Source: Thermoanaerobaculia bacterium (lineage in GTDB: Bacteria; Acidobacteriota; Thermoanaerobaculia; Multivoradales; JAGPDF01). Taken from it: DNA of 64,000 bases. Below the pieces are notes generated by a model. The model was not told where the DNA came from. It did no database searches and was given only the letters and a program-made list of their open reading frames with translations. Below, piece by piece: positions 44,252 through 53,591 of the stretch. Positions within the stretch are counted from its first letter, which is position 1, and each line of letters starts with the position of its first letter. The position numbers and the translations under genes are program-made. The DNA lies in contig CAVRCL010000001.1 of the NCBI GenBank assembly GCA_963719555.1, positions 67,379-131,378 on the forward strand, in the 5' to 3' direction.

Positions 44252-46800
44252 CCTCGCGCGGGATGCTCGAACGCCTGATCCTCTTCGCCGGCCGGCGCTA
44301 CCGGCTGGTCTTCCTGATCTTCTTGATGGTCGTCGCGGGGAGCACGGCGCTCGCCTTCCGCCTGCGTTTCGACCCGGACGTGCTGCACCTGCTGCCGAGC
44401 AAGAACCCGGGAGTCATCACCTTCCGCGAGACGCTCGAGCAGTTCGGCAACGTCGACTACTTCGTGGTCGGCATCCGCATTCCCGAGGACGCGCCGCTCG
44501 ACCCGTACGAAGCGCTCGCGGACGACGTCGCCCTCCGGATGAGCGAGTCCAAGGAGTACTTCCGCTCCGTCGAGTCGACGATCGGCCAGCCGGAGGAACT
44601 GCTGCGCGAGTTCCTGCCCCGGGCGATGCTCTTCCTCGATGGGCCGGACCGGGAGCGCCTGGCGGGGCAGCTGAGCGGCCCGGCGATCCGCGATCGCGCC
44701 CGGGAGCTGCGGCGTACTCTCGAGATGCCGCAGGCGGTGGCGCTCAAGGATCTGATCAAGCTCGATCCGCTGGGAATCTCGGGCATCTTCCTCGACCGCC
44801 TCGGCGGGCAGCGCGGACCCTTGGCCGTCGACTGGACGAGTGGCAGGTACCTGTCGCGCGACCACCGGCTGATGCTGATTCTCGGCAAGCCGACGCACCC
44901 ACCCCAGGACATCGATTTCAATCGCCGGCTCTTCGAATCGATGGAGCAGACCGTCGCTACCGTGAGCGCCGGCTGGAGCGAACTGGCGGAAGGCAGCGAC
45001 GCCCCCGTACCGGAGGTCTTCTTCGGCGGCCGTTACATGATCGTCCTGGACGACACCGGGCTCATCCGGCGCGACGTCATCGTCAACGCGCTGACCTCGA
45101 TCCTCGGCGTGCTGATCCTGTTCTACATCGCCTACCGCCGGACTTCGCTGCTGCTGCTGGTCTTCTGGCCGCTCGCCTGCGGCCTGGCGATTACCTTCGG
45201 GTTCGCCGCCCTCGCCGTCGGCGTGCTCTCCTCGGCGACCGCCGGGGTCGCCGCGCTGCTCGTCGGCCTGGGAGACGATTTCGTCATTGTGCTCTACGGA
45301 CGTTATGTCGAGGAGCGGCAGCGCGGTGGCTCGGTGATCGAATCGATGCGATCGATGGGCGGCGCGACGGCGCGCGGGGTGGTGCTCGGCGCCATCACCA
45401 CTGCCGCGACGTTCTATGCCTTCCTGATCACCGACTTCACCGGCCTCTACCAGATGGGGCTGATCGTCGGAACGGGGGTGCTGTTCTGCCTCCTCGCCGT
45501 CCTCTTCCTGGTGCCGGCGATGATCGGCTGGAGCGAGGACCACCACAGCAAACGGGAGAGCGCGGCGCGGCTGCACATCTTCGCGTTCGGCATCGAGCGG
45601 CTGTCGCGGATCGCCACCCGGAAGCCGCGGGCGACCCTGGCGGTGGCCGGGCTGGTGACTGCGGTGGCCCTCGCGGCAGCGCCGAATCTCAAGTTCGACG
45701 ACAACGTCGAGGCGCTGCGGCCGCCGGAGAATCGCGGCATCCTCGCCCAGAGCGAGATCAACACGCATTTCGGCTCCGGCTTCGAGTCGATGTCGCTGGT
45801 TCTCAAGGCGCCGACGCTCGCGGAGGTGCTCGCGCTCGCCGACAAGGCCGCCAGCGCCGGGCGCCGGCTGGTCGCCGAAGGACGCCTGGGGGGCGTCGAC
45901 GCGGTGACCTCGGTTCTGCCGCCACCTGCCGCCCAGCAGGAGGCGCTCGACTGGATCGCCGCCGAGCGCGGCGACCGGCTCGACATGGCGAGAATCCGCG
46001 CCCAGTTCGCGAGCGCGCTCGAAAGCGAGGGACTGCGGATCGAACCGTTTGCCGACGGCTTCGACCTGCTGGCGAGCACGCTCGCGCCGGCGGGGCCGCT
46101 GACACGCGAGGGCATCCTCGCGGTGCCGCAGGGGCGGGCACTGCTCGATCGCTACCTGGTGGAGACGCCGGCGGGCTGGCGCAGCGTCGTCAAGCTCTAC
46201 AACCTTCCCGGACGGCCGAAACGCGAGATTCCGGAAGCGGCGATCGATCTCGAGGCGAGCCTCGGTCCGCAGGCCACCCTGACCGGCATGAACGTCCTCT
46301 CCCGCAGCCTGCGGGGGGAGATCCGCCGCGATGCGCTGGTTTCCGGCCTCATCGGCCTGGCGCTGGTGGTCCTCCTCCTGTGGGTCGACTTCCGCAACCT
46401 GCATACGGCGGTGATCGCCCTCGTGCCGCTGCTCGTCGGCATCGTCTGGATGGTCGCGGCGATGGTGGCGTTCAATCTGCACCTGAATTTCATGAACATC
46501 TTCGTGATCACGATGATCATCGGCATCGGGGTCGACTACGGGATCCATGTCATCCATCGCTACCGCGAAGAGGAGAAGATCCCGGGCGGCGACCCGGCGG
46601 CCGCGGTCGAAGAGACCTCGCGCGGCGTCTTTCTCGCCGCCCTGACCACGGTCGTCGGCTTCGGCTCGCTCGCCACGTCCCACTACCCCGGCCTCGTCTC
46701 GATGGGACTGGTGTCGATTCTGGGCACCCTCGCGACCGCGCTGGTGGCGATTGTCGTGATCCCCGCCTACCTGTCGTTGCGCAGCACTCCGCGACCTTAG
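44248..46800 (+). CDS. MMPL/RND-superfamily membrane transporter
   Basis: Intact 850 aa with two 6-TM bundles (...GLGDDFVIVLYGRY..., ...GIGVDYGIHVIHRY...), each preceded by a large periplasmic loop. The true start may be ATG 44263. Confidence 0.8.
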   Translation: MTSRGMLERLILFAGRRYRLVFLIFLMVVAGSTALAFRLRFDPDVLHLLPSKNPGVITFRETLEQFGNVDYFVVGIRIPEDAPLDPYEALADDVALRMSESKEYFRSVESTIGQPEELLREFLPRAMLFLDGPDRERLAGQLSGPAIRDRARELRRTLEMPQAVALKDLIKLDPLGISGIFLDRLGGQRGPLAVDWTSGRYLSRDHRLMLILGKPTHPPQDIDFNRRLFESMEQTVATVSAGWSELAEGSDAPVPEVFFGGRYMIVLDDTGLIRRDVIVNALTSILGVLILFYIAYRRTSLLLLVFWPLACGLAITFGFAALAVGVLSSATAGVAALLVGLGDDFVIVLYGRYVEERQRGGSVIESMRSMGGATARGVVLGAITTAATFYAFLITDFTGLYQMGLIVGTGVLFCLLAVLFLVPAMIGWSEDHHSKRESAARLHIFAFGIERLSRIATRKPRATLAVAGLVTAVALAAAPNLKFDDNVEALRPPENRGILAQSEINTHFGSGFESMSLVLKAPTLAEVLALADKAASAGRRLVAEGRLGGVDAVTSVLPPPAAQQEALDWIAAERGDRLDMARIRAQFASALESEGLRIEPFADGFDLLASTLAPAGPLTREGILAVPQGRALLDRYLVETPAGWRSVVKLYNLPGRPKREIPEAAIDLEASLGPQATLTGMNVLSRSLRGEIRRDALVSGLIGLALVVLLLWVDFRNLHTAVIALVPLLVGIVWMVAAMVAFNLHLNFMNIFVITMIIGIGVDYGIHVIHRYREEEKIPGGDPAAAVEETSRGVFLAALTTVVGFGSLATSHYPGLVSMGLVSILGTLATALVAIVVIPAYLSLRSTPRP

Positions 46801-47465
46801 CGCCGGCGCAGCAGAAGGAGCAGCACGGGCCCGGCGGCGAAGCCGGCGAGGTGCGCGTACCAGGCCACGCCGCCCCCCCCATCGATTACCGCTCCGGGCG
46901 GCGCCGAGAGCGCCCCGTATAGCTGCAACAGGAACCAGAACGGGATGAACAGGAAGGCCCGGCTCTTCATCGGGATCACCAGGCAGCCGAGCGGCAGAAC
47001 CCCGGCCAGGCGCGCCTTCGGAAAGAGCACGAGGAAGGCGCCGAGGACGCCGGCGATCGCTCCCGAGGCGCCGATGAGCGGCAGAGTCGAGCGCGGACTG
47101 AGGGCGATCTGCGCGGCGCTCGCGACGAGGCCGCTGGCAAGGTAGAGGATCAGGAAGCGGCGCAGCCGGAGCCTGCCCTCGACGTCGTCGCCGAAGACCG
47201 CGAGGAACGCCATGTTTCCGAGGAGATGGAGCCAGCCGCCGTGCAGGAAGAGGGCGGCGGCGAGACGCGGCAGACGGGACGCCATCTCGAGCAGCGGCCC
47301 AGGGGCAAGCGCCTCGGCCGGCGAAAGGGCGATTCGCGAGACCGCGGAACCGAGCCCCGCTCCGAGCCGCAGCTCCCAGACGAAGACCAGCAGGTTGGCG
47401 GCGACCAGCGCCCAGGTTCCCCAGGCGAAGCCCCGGGAGCGCCGCGAGTCCGCGAGCGGAATCAA
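46797..47465 (-). CDS. Rhomboid-family intramembrane serine protease
   Basis: LHGGWLHLLGNMAFLAVFG, GASGAIAGVLGAF and WYAHLAGFAAG. I chose TTG 47465 as the start because it overlaps the pyk stop (TTGA). Confidence 0.8.
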   Translation of the reverse strand: MIPLADSRRSRGFAWGTWALVAANLLVFVWELRLGAGLGSAVSRIALSPAEALAPGPLLEMASRLPRLAAALFLHGGWLHLLGNMAFLAVFGDDVEGRLRLRRFLILYLASGLVASAAQIALSPRSTLPLIGASGAIAGVLGAFLVLFPKARLAGVLPLGCLVIPMKSRAFLFIPFWFLLQLYGALSAPPGAVIDGGGGVAWYAHLAGFAAGPVLLLLLRRR

Positions 47466-49054
47466 CGCGGGCGGGTGCCGGCGCGGAGCGGACCTTTCAA
47501 CCGCCCCGGCGTCTGCTCCCGTACGCGATGGATTCGGAGGAGATTGGTGAGCGCCTTCTGGCGGATCGGGAATCCCATCAGGAGGATCACGCACTCGCCC
47601 GGCCGGACGAGCCGCCGCTCGAGGAGCTCCCGTTCGACGAGCTCGATCAGATCCTCGCGATGCTGCACGTCGCGCGGGAGATGAATCGGGCGCATTCCCC
47701 AGAGGAGCTGGATGCGCCGCGCGACCTGCGCGTCGGTGGTGAAGACGAAGGTCGGAACGACCGGGCGGTAGCGCGCCAGCCGGCGGGCGGTGAAGCCGCC
47801 CTGCGAGAAGGCGACAATGCGGCTGCCGTCGAGCTTGCTCGCGGCGTGCACTGCGGCGGCGGCGATGACATCGGCGATCTCGATCGCGCCCAGGGCGACG
47901 GTGGCTCCGTTGGCCCCGCTGGCTCTGGAAGAGGCGGTGGTCGAGTGTGGGTCCAGCCCCTCGGCCGGCGCCAGAGTGCGCGGAGCGGGAGAGGGAAACC
48001 TGCCGGCCGGGAGCGCCGGATCACGTGGCACTTCGCCGGAGAGAAAGGTCTTGAGCTTGTACTCCTCGGCCTCGACGATGATCCGCGCCATGGTCTTCAC
48101 CGACTCCGTCGGGTACTTGCCGGCGGCGGTTTCGCCCGAGAGCATCAGTGCGTCGGCGCCGTCGAAGACGGCGTTCGCAACGTCGGAGGTCTCGGCCCGC
48201 GTCGGCCGTGGCTGGACCATCATCGATTCGAGCATCTGGGTCGCCACGATGACCGGCTTGCCGAGCCTGCGCCCGGCGGCAATGATCCGCTTCTGCAGCA
48301 CCGGGACCTCGTGCAGGGGAACCTCGACGCCGAGATCGCCGCGCGCCACCATGACCGCGTCCGAGGCCGCGACGATCTCGTCGATGTGCGCGATCGCCGC
48401 CGCACGCTCGAGCTTGGCGACGATCGGAATCGCCGCACCATGCTGGGCGACGATCGCCCGGATCGCCGCGATATCGCGCGCCCGGCCGATGTAGCTCGCG
48501 GCGAGGTAGTCGGCGTGCTCCGCGACCGCGAAGGCGATGTCCGAAGCGTCCTTCTGCGAGATCGTGAACGGGAGCTTCGAGTCCGGAAGGTTGATCCCCT
48601 TGCGGGTCGAGACGGCGCCGCCGTGGAGCACCCGGGCGGCAACCGCCCGGCCTCGTTTGGCGGTGATCTCGAGCTCGACCAGGCCGTTGTCGATCAGCAC
48701 CCGCTCGCCGACGCGCAAGTGGTGGAGGAAGTCGGGGTCGTCGACCGGCAGGTCGACGCGGGGCGACGGCTCGCCCAGCGTCAGATGCTCGCCCTGCCTG
48801 AGCTGGCGCGGCCCGCCGCTGAGCTCGCCGAGGCGGTAGCGCGGCCCCATGAGGTCGAGCAGAACCGGAATGTGCAGGCCGCGCGCTCGCGCCACCTTGC
48901 GCACCAGGCGGAGCGCGCGGCGATGGGAGTCCTGGGTGCCGTGCGAGAGGTTGAAACGCAGAACGTCGGCGCCGGCGGCGAGCAGCCGGTCGAGCATCCG
49001 CTCGTCGGCAGTCGCCGGTCCGAGCGTGGCGACGATTTTGGCGCGTCGATCCAT
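47462..49054 (-). CDS. pyk: Pyruvate kinase
   Basis: Intact 530 aa. KIVATLGPA, RFNLSHG, MVARGDLGVEVP, VATQMLESM and MLSGETAAGKYP. Confidence 0.93.
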   Translation of the reverse strand: MDRRAKIVATLGPATADERMLDRLLAAGADVLRFNLSHGTQDSHRRALRLVRKVARARGLHIPVLLDLMGPRYRLGELSGGPRQLRQGEHLTLGEPSPRVDLPVDDPDFLHHLRVGERVLIDNGLVELEITAKRGRAVAARVLHGGAVSTRKGINLPDSKLPFTISQKDASDIAFAVAEHADYLAASYIGRARDIAAIRAIVAQHGAAIPIVAKLERAAAIAHIDEIVAASDAVMVARGDLGVEVPLHEVPVLQKRIIAAGRRLGKPVIVATQMLESMMVQPRPTRAETSDVANAVFDGADALMLSGETAAGKYPTESVKTMARIIVEAEEYKLKTFLSGEVPRDPALPAGRFPSPAPRTLAPAEGLDPHSTTASSRASGANGATVALGAIEIADVIAAAAVHAASKLDGSRIVAFSQGGFTARRLARYRPVVPTFVFTTDAQVARRIQLLWGMRPIHLPRDVQHREDLIELVERELLERRLVRPGECVILLMGFPIRQKALTNLLRIHRVREQTPGRLKGPLRAGTRPR

Positions 49055-49114
49055 GGGAGTCCGCGAAAGAGCCGCGATCCCCGGACAATACCGCGGTCTG
49101 ATATTTTCCGTTGC

Positions 49115-50530
49115 ATGTTCGAAGGTCTGCAGGACAAGTTCCAGGACGTCTTCCGCCGCCTGAAGGGCGAAGGCCGGATCACCGAGGAGAACCTTTCCGC
49201 GGCGTTGAAGCAGATCCGGCTAGCGCTGCTCGAGGCCGACGTCCACTTCCGGGTGGTCAAGGAGTTTCTCGCCCGGGTGGAGGAGAAGGCACTCGGCGAG
49301 AAGGTGCTCGAAAGCCTGTCGCCGGCCCAGCAGGTGATCAAGATCGTGCGCGACGAGCTCGCCGCGACGCTCGGCGGCGAGGACGCCCGCGAGCTCAGAA
49401 TGGACGGCACCCCGGCGGTCGTGCTGATGTGCGGCCTGCAGGGCTCCGGCAAGACCACCACCTGCGGCAAGCTGGCCAAGCGCCTGGCCTCGCGCGGGCG
49501 CTATCCCCTCCTCGTGGCGGCGGACCTCCAGCGCGCGGCGGCCGTCGAGCAGCTCGTCCAGGTCGGTGCCCGCGTCGACATCCCCGTGCTGCGTCCGGAG
49601 CCCGGGGAATCGGTCCTGGCGCTCGTCCGGCGCTCGCTGCGCGAAGCCCGCGAGCGCGGCCGGGACGTCGTGATCCTCGACACCGCCGGGCGCCTGCACG
49701 TCGACCAGGAGCTGATGGCCGAGATCGCCGCGATCGCCGAGTCCGTCGCTCCGGACGAGATCCTCTACGTCGCCGATGCGATGACCGGCCAGGACGCCGT
49801 GCGCTCCGCCCAGGAGTTCGCGCGTGTGCTGCCGCTCACCGGAGTGTTGCTCACCAAGCTCGATGGCGACGCCCGGGGCGGCGCCGCGCTCTCGGTGCGT
49901 GCGGTCACCCAGGTGCCGATCCGGTACGTCGGCGTGGGCGAGAAACCGGAGGACCTCGAGCTCTTCTCGCCGGAGCGGATGGCCTCGCGGATCCTGGGCA
50001 TGGGAGATGTCCTGGCGCTCATCGAACGGGCCCAGGAGACGGTCGACGCCAAAGAGGCGCAGCGCCTCGCGGAACGACTGAGCCGCAACGAGTTCACGCT
50101 CGAAGACCTGCGCGACCAGCTGCGCCAGGTCAAGAAGCTGGGCTCTCTGAAGAGCGTGCTCGGCATGTTGCCGAAGATGGGGCCGCTCAAGGGCTTGAGC
50201 GACGTCGGTGAGGCCGACGAGAAGCGGCTGGCGCACACCGAGGCGATCATCAACGCGATGACACTCGAAGAGCGGCGCACCCCGGGGCTGCTGAACGCCA
50301 GCCGCAAGAAGCGCGTCGCCCGGGGCTCGGGAACCTCGGTGCAGGAGATCAACCAGCTCATCAAGCAGTACCTGCAGATGAAGCGGATGATGAAGGGGGT
50401 CAAATCCGGCTGGATGAAGCGAGCCTTCGGCGGGGGCGGGGCCCCCGCCGGACTTGTCGGTCCGGGCGGCCTCGGAGGGGCCAGGAAAGGCGCCAGAGGG
50501 GGGCGGAAGGACCGATTCCCGGGGATGTGA
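49115..50530 (+). CDS. ffh: Signal recognition particle protein Ffh
   Basis: From the internal ATG 49115 of the 1000-aa ORF. MFEGLQDKFQDVFRRLKG, GLQGSGKTTTCGKLA, DTAGRL, LTKLDGDARGGAALS and a Met-rich M domain. Confidence 0.95.
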   Translation: MFEGLQDKFQDVFRRLKGEGRITEENLSAALKQIRLALLEADVHFRVVKEFLARVEEKALGEKVLESLSPAQQVIKIVRDELAATLGGEDARELRMDGTPAVVLMCGLQGSGKTTTCGKLAKRLASRGRYPLLVAADLQRAAAVEQLVQVGARVDIPVLRPEPGESVLALVRRSLREARERGRDVVILDTAGRLHVDQELMAEIAAIAESVAPDEILYVADAMTGQDAVRSAQEFARVLPLTGVLLTKLDGDARGGAALSVRAVTQVPIRYVGVGEKPEDLELFSPERMASRILGMGDVLALIERAQETVDAKEAQRLAERLSRNEFTLEDLRDQLRQVKKLGSLKSVLGMLPKMGPLKGLSDVGEADEKRLAHTEAIINAMTLEERRTPGLLNASRKKRVARGSGTSVQEINQLIKQYLQMKRMMKGVKSGWMKRAFGGGGAPAGLVGPGGLGGARKGARGGRKDRFPGM

Positions 50531-50616
50531 TATCCTTTTCTACTCAGTTTCCGCCGGCGGGAGCCCCCTCGGGCGGAGAGCAACCGCAACACCCAAGACC
50601 CTGGAGGTTGAAGCAA

Positions 50617-50853
50617 ATGCTCAAGATTCGGCTCCGCCGGATGGGCGCGACGAACAAGGCCTTTTACCGGCTGATCGTTTCCGACTCGCGCAAGGCTACA
50701 TCCTCGGCCGCCCTCGAAGAGGTCGGCACCTACGATCCGCGTCAGGACCCGCCGCGGATCCTGATCGACCGCCCGCGCATCGACTTCTGGGTCGGCCAGG
50801 GCGCGCTGCTCTCCGACTCCGTCAAGCAGCTCGTCGCCCGCTCCGCCGTCTGA
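50617..50853 (+). CDS. rpsP: 30S ribosomal protein S16
   Basis: MLKIRLRRMGATNKAFYRLIVSDSR...EEVGTYDP. Confidence 0.93.
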   Translation: MLKIRLRRMGATNKAFYRLIVSDSRKATSSAALEEVGTYDPRQDPPRILIDRPRIDFWVGQGALLSDSVKQLVARSAV

Positions 50854-50854
50854 A

Positions 50855-51106
50855 GTGGCGTCAGGAGTGACCGCCGCCGCCGATCTGCTCGCAGTCGTCC
50901 GCCTGTTGGTGGACGAGCCGAAGGAAGTGCGGGTGGACGTAGCGGCGCAGGGAAGGGATCAACTCCTCGAAATCCGCGTGCTGGACGCCGATCGCGGCAA
51001 GGTCATCGGTCGGCGAGGCCGCACGATCGAGGCGCTGCGCGCGCTGGCCGATATCCGCGGCGAGCGGGAAGGGCAGTCGTATGAGGTCGAAGTTCTCGAC
51101 GACTGA
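50855..51106 (+). CDS. KH-domain RNA-binding protein (YlqC/UPF0109-like)
   Basis: LVDEPKEVRVDV...EIRVLDADRGKVIGRRGRTIEALRAL. Sits in the conserved slot between rpsP and rimM. Confidence 0.8.
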   Translation: MASGVTAAADLLAVVRLLVDEPKEVRVDVAAQGRDQLLEIRVLDADRGKVIGRRGRTIEALRALADIRGEREGQSYEVEVLDD

Positions 51107-51683
51107 AAACGGCACCGGCGGGCTCCCGGAAACGGTCCTGGTCGGCACGATTCTGCGTCCCCACGGCATCAAAGGCGAGGTCACCGTCGCACTCTGGAGC
51201 GACAATGAGCGGCGTTTCGCTCCGGGTGTCGAGTTCCAGGCAACCGCCGCCGTTCCTGCCGCATCTTCCGGACCTTCAACTCCCGTCCGCCGCGAGCGCG
51301 CCCTGCGGGTGGAGCGCTGCTCTCCCTACAAGGGCGGTCTGCGGATCGCGTTTGCCGGCATCGCGGACCGCGAAGCGGCAGAGAGCCTGCGCGGCCTCGA
51401 GCTTCGGGTCCCGCTGGCCGACGTCCCGGACGCGCCCGCCGGTGCCTACTATGTCTTCGAGCTCATCGGTTGCAGCTGCCGCGACGAGAGCGACGGCGAT
51501 GTCGGCATGGTGGTGGACGTTCACGAGGACGGCGGCGGCATCCTGCTCGAGGTGGAGAAGGACGGCCGGCGATCGGTGATCCCCTTTGTCGAGGCCTTTC
51601 TGGTGCGGGTGGACCGCGAGGCGCGCCGCATCGACCTGCGTCTTCCGGAAGGACTGCTGGCCACGTGCGCATTCAAGTCCTGA
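51081..51683 (+). CDS. rimM: 16S rRNA processing protein RimM
   Basis: [18 protein letters not shown]...YYVFELIGC...[21 protein letters not shown]. The real start may lie downstream of 51081. Confidence 0.85.
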   Translation: MRSKFSTTENGTGGLPETVLVGTILRPHGIKGEVTVALWSDNERRFAPGVEFQATAAVPAASSGPSTPVRRERALRVERCSPYKGGLRIAFAGIADREAAESLRGLELRVPLADVPDAPAGAYYVFELIGCSCRDESDGDVGMVVDVHEDGGGILLEVEKDGRRSVIPFVEAFLVRVDREARRIDLRLPEGLLATCAFKS

Positions 51684-52411
51684 CCATCTTCCCCGAGCTC
51701 TTTCGGCCCTTTCTCGAGACCGCGCTTCTCGGGCGCGCCCGCGAGCGTGGGCGTTTGAGCGTGGAGGTGCACGACCTGCGGGATTTCGCCCCCGACCGTC
51801 ACCGCTCGGTCGACGACGAGCCCTTCGGCGGCGGCGGCGGCATGGTAATGACCGCGCCGCCGTGGCTCGCCGCGGTGCGGCAGCTCTCGCAGGCGGCGGC
51901 TCCCTGGCGGGTGATGCTGTCGCCCCAGGGGCACCGGTTGGACGAGGCTAAAGTGCGCGAGCTCGCCGGGCGGGGCGATCTGCTCCTGCTCTGCGGGCGC
52001 TACGAGGGAATCGACGAGCGCGTTCGCCAGACGGTAGTGGACGAGGAGATCTCGATCGGCGACTTCGTCGTTTCGGGCGGCGAGCTGCCGGCGATGCTGC
52101 TCATCGAGGCGGTCTCGCGGCAGGTCCCCGGAGTCGTCCAGCGGACGGATTCGGTCGAACGGGACAGCTTTCGCGCCGGACTGCTCGATTATCCGCACTA
52201 CACCCGTCCGGCGGAGGTCGAGGGTCTGCCCGTGCCCGCGGTCCTCCTCTCGGGCGACCATGCCGCCATCGAGCGGTGGCGGGAGCTCGAAGCTCTGCGT
52301 CTGACCCTCGAGAAGCGGCCGGATCTGCTGGCCAGCGCGCCCCTCTCCCCGGCTCAGGGCCGGGAGTTGACCCGCCTCCGGGCCGCGAAGCCGCCCGCCG
52401 AGTTGCCCTAA
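51665..52411 (+). CDS. trmD: tRNA (guanine37-N1)-methyltransferase TrmD
   Basis: GTG 51665. [56 protein letters not shown] and YPHYTRP. Confidence 0.93.
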   Translation: MRIQVLTIFPELFRPFLETALLGRARERGRLSVEVHDLRDFAPDRHRSVDDEPFGGGGGMVMTAPPWLAAVRQLSQAAAPWRVMLSPQGHRLDEAKVRELAGRGDLLLLCGRYEGIDERVRQTVVDEEISIGDFVVSGGELPAMLLIEAVSRQVPGVVQRTDSVERDSFRAGLLDYPHYTRPAEVEGLPVPAVLLSGDHAAIERWRELEALRLTLEKRPDLLASAPLSPAQGRELTRLRAAKPPAELP

Positions 52412-52486
52412 ACGCGGAAAACTTAGATAATTACCGACTCGGAAGCCATCTGGACGGTTCTCCGGCAGGACAGGAAGAGGAAACGT

Positions 52487-52855
52487 ATGCACACTTTGAT
52501 CGATGTCGAGGCGAGCTACCTGCGCCAGGATGTTCCGGAGTTCCGCGCTGGCGATACCGTGCGCGTGCAGGTCCGGGTGAAGGAAGGCGACAAGGAGCGG
52601 CTGCAGGCGTTCCAGGGCGTCGTCATCGCCCGCCGGGGCAGCGGCACCCGCGAGATGTTCACCGTACGCAAGATTTCCGGCGCCACCGGTGTCGAGCGCA
52701 TCTTCCCGCTGCATGCGCCGGTCGTGGACCGCATCGAGGTTCTGCGCCGCGGCAAGGTGCGGCGCTCGAAACTGTTCTATCTGCGCGGGTTGCGCGGCAA
52801 GGCTGCGCGCATCGAAGAGCGTCGCGACGAGGCACCGGCTCCGGCGCGCGGCTGA
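52487..52855 (+). CDS. rplS: 50S ribosomal protein L19
   Basis: [36 protein letters not shown]...[23 protein letters not shown]...[12 protein letters not shown]. Confidence 0.95.
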   Translation: MHTLIDVEASYLRQDVPEFRAGDTVRVQVRVKEGDKERLQAFQGVVIARRGSGTREMFTVRKISGATGVERIFPLHAPVVDRIEVLRRGKVRRSKLFYLRGLRGKAARIEERRDEAPAPARG

Positions 52856-52907
52856 GCAAAGCGCCCGCGGCGAGAAATTGCGCGGGCCGGTTGGCGGGAT
52901 ATTCGGA

Positions 52908-53591
52908 GTGACGACGACGCTCGAACTCTGCTGCGAGGTCTACCGGCTTGGGCTGATGAGGGGGCTCGAAGTACGCCTCCACCAGTCAGGGTTCGCGCGA
53001 GTCGCGGGCGTCGACGAAGCCGGACGCGGATGCCTCGCTGGGCCGGTGGTGGCCGCGGCGGTCATTCCCGACCCGGAGCGGCTGATTCCCGGCGCCGACG
53101 ACTCCAAGCGCCTCGGCCCGGAGTTGCGTGCGCGGCTGGCCGCCGCGATTCGCGAGACGGCGATCGCCTTCGCGGTGGTCGCGATTCCTGCCCGGATCAT
53201 CGATCGCATCAACATCCTCGCCGCCACCCGGCTGGCGATGCGGCAGGCCATCGGCAAGCTGGCGGTGCGGCCGGATGCGATTGTGGTCGACGCCGTTACC
53301 CTGAAGGACCTGGCAGCGGAATCTCCGTCCTTGCCCACTCCTCCCTGCCTGGCGATCGTGAAAGCGGACGCCTGGAGCTACGCCGTCGCCTGCGCTTCCA
53401 TCGTCGCCAAGGTGGAGCGGGATCGCATGCTCGTCGAGCTCGATCGCGACTATCCCTGGTACGGCCTCGCGCGCCACAAAGGGTACGGCGCTCCGGACCA
53501 TCTTCGGGCGCTGGAACGCTACGGCCCGAGTCCGCTGCATCGCCTGACGTTCCGTTCCGTCCTGCCCCGGCTCGCCGAGGGGGCCGCCTGA
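52908..53591 (+). CDS. rnhB: Ribonuclease HII
   Basis: GTG 52908. VAGVDEAGRGCLAGPVVAAAV, DSKRL, ASIVAKVERDRMM-like and YGLARHKGYG. Confidence 0.9.
   Translation: MTTTLELCCEVYRLGLMRGLEVRLHQSGFARVAGVDEAGRGCLAGPVVAAAVIPDPERLIPGADDSKRLGPELRARLAAAIRETAIAFAVVAIPARIIDRINILAATRLAMRQAIGKLAVRPDAIVVDAVTLKDLAAESPSLPTPPCLAIVKADAWSYAVACASIVAKVERDRMLVELDRDYPWYGLARHKGYGAPDHLRALERYGPSPLHRLTFRSVLPRLAEGAA

Noticed and set aside
44176-46683. An 835-aa minus-strand ORF. There are similar long shadow ORFs at 60637..62553 (+), 53621..55276 (-), 40105..41208 (-), 42770..44107 (-) and 37188..38453 (-).
   Set aside because: Each is antisense to a gene with clear homology (the MMPL transporter, dsbD, the TPR protein, alaS, slt/pgsA and pilT, respectively). 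Each has a low-complexity Arg/Gly/Asp/Glu-rich translation.
47528-50530. A 1000-aa plus-strand ORF.
   Set aside because: Only the last 471 codons, from ATG 49115, are Ffh. The first ~530 codons are antisense to pyruvate kinase.
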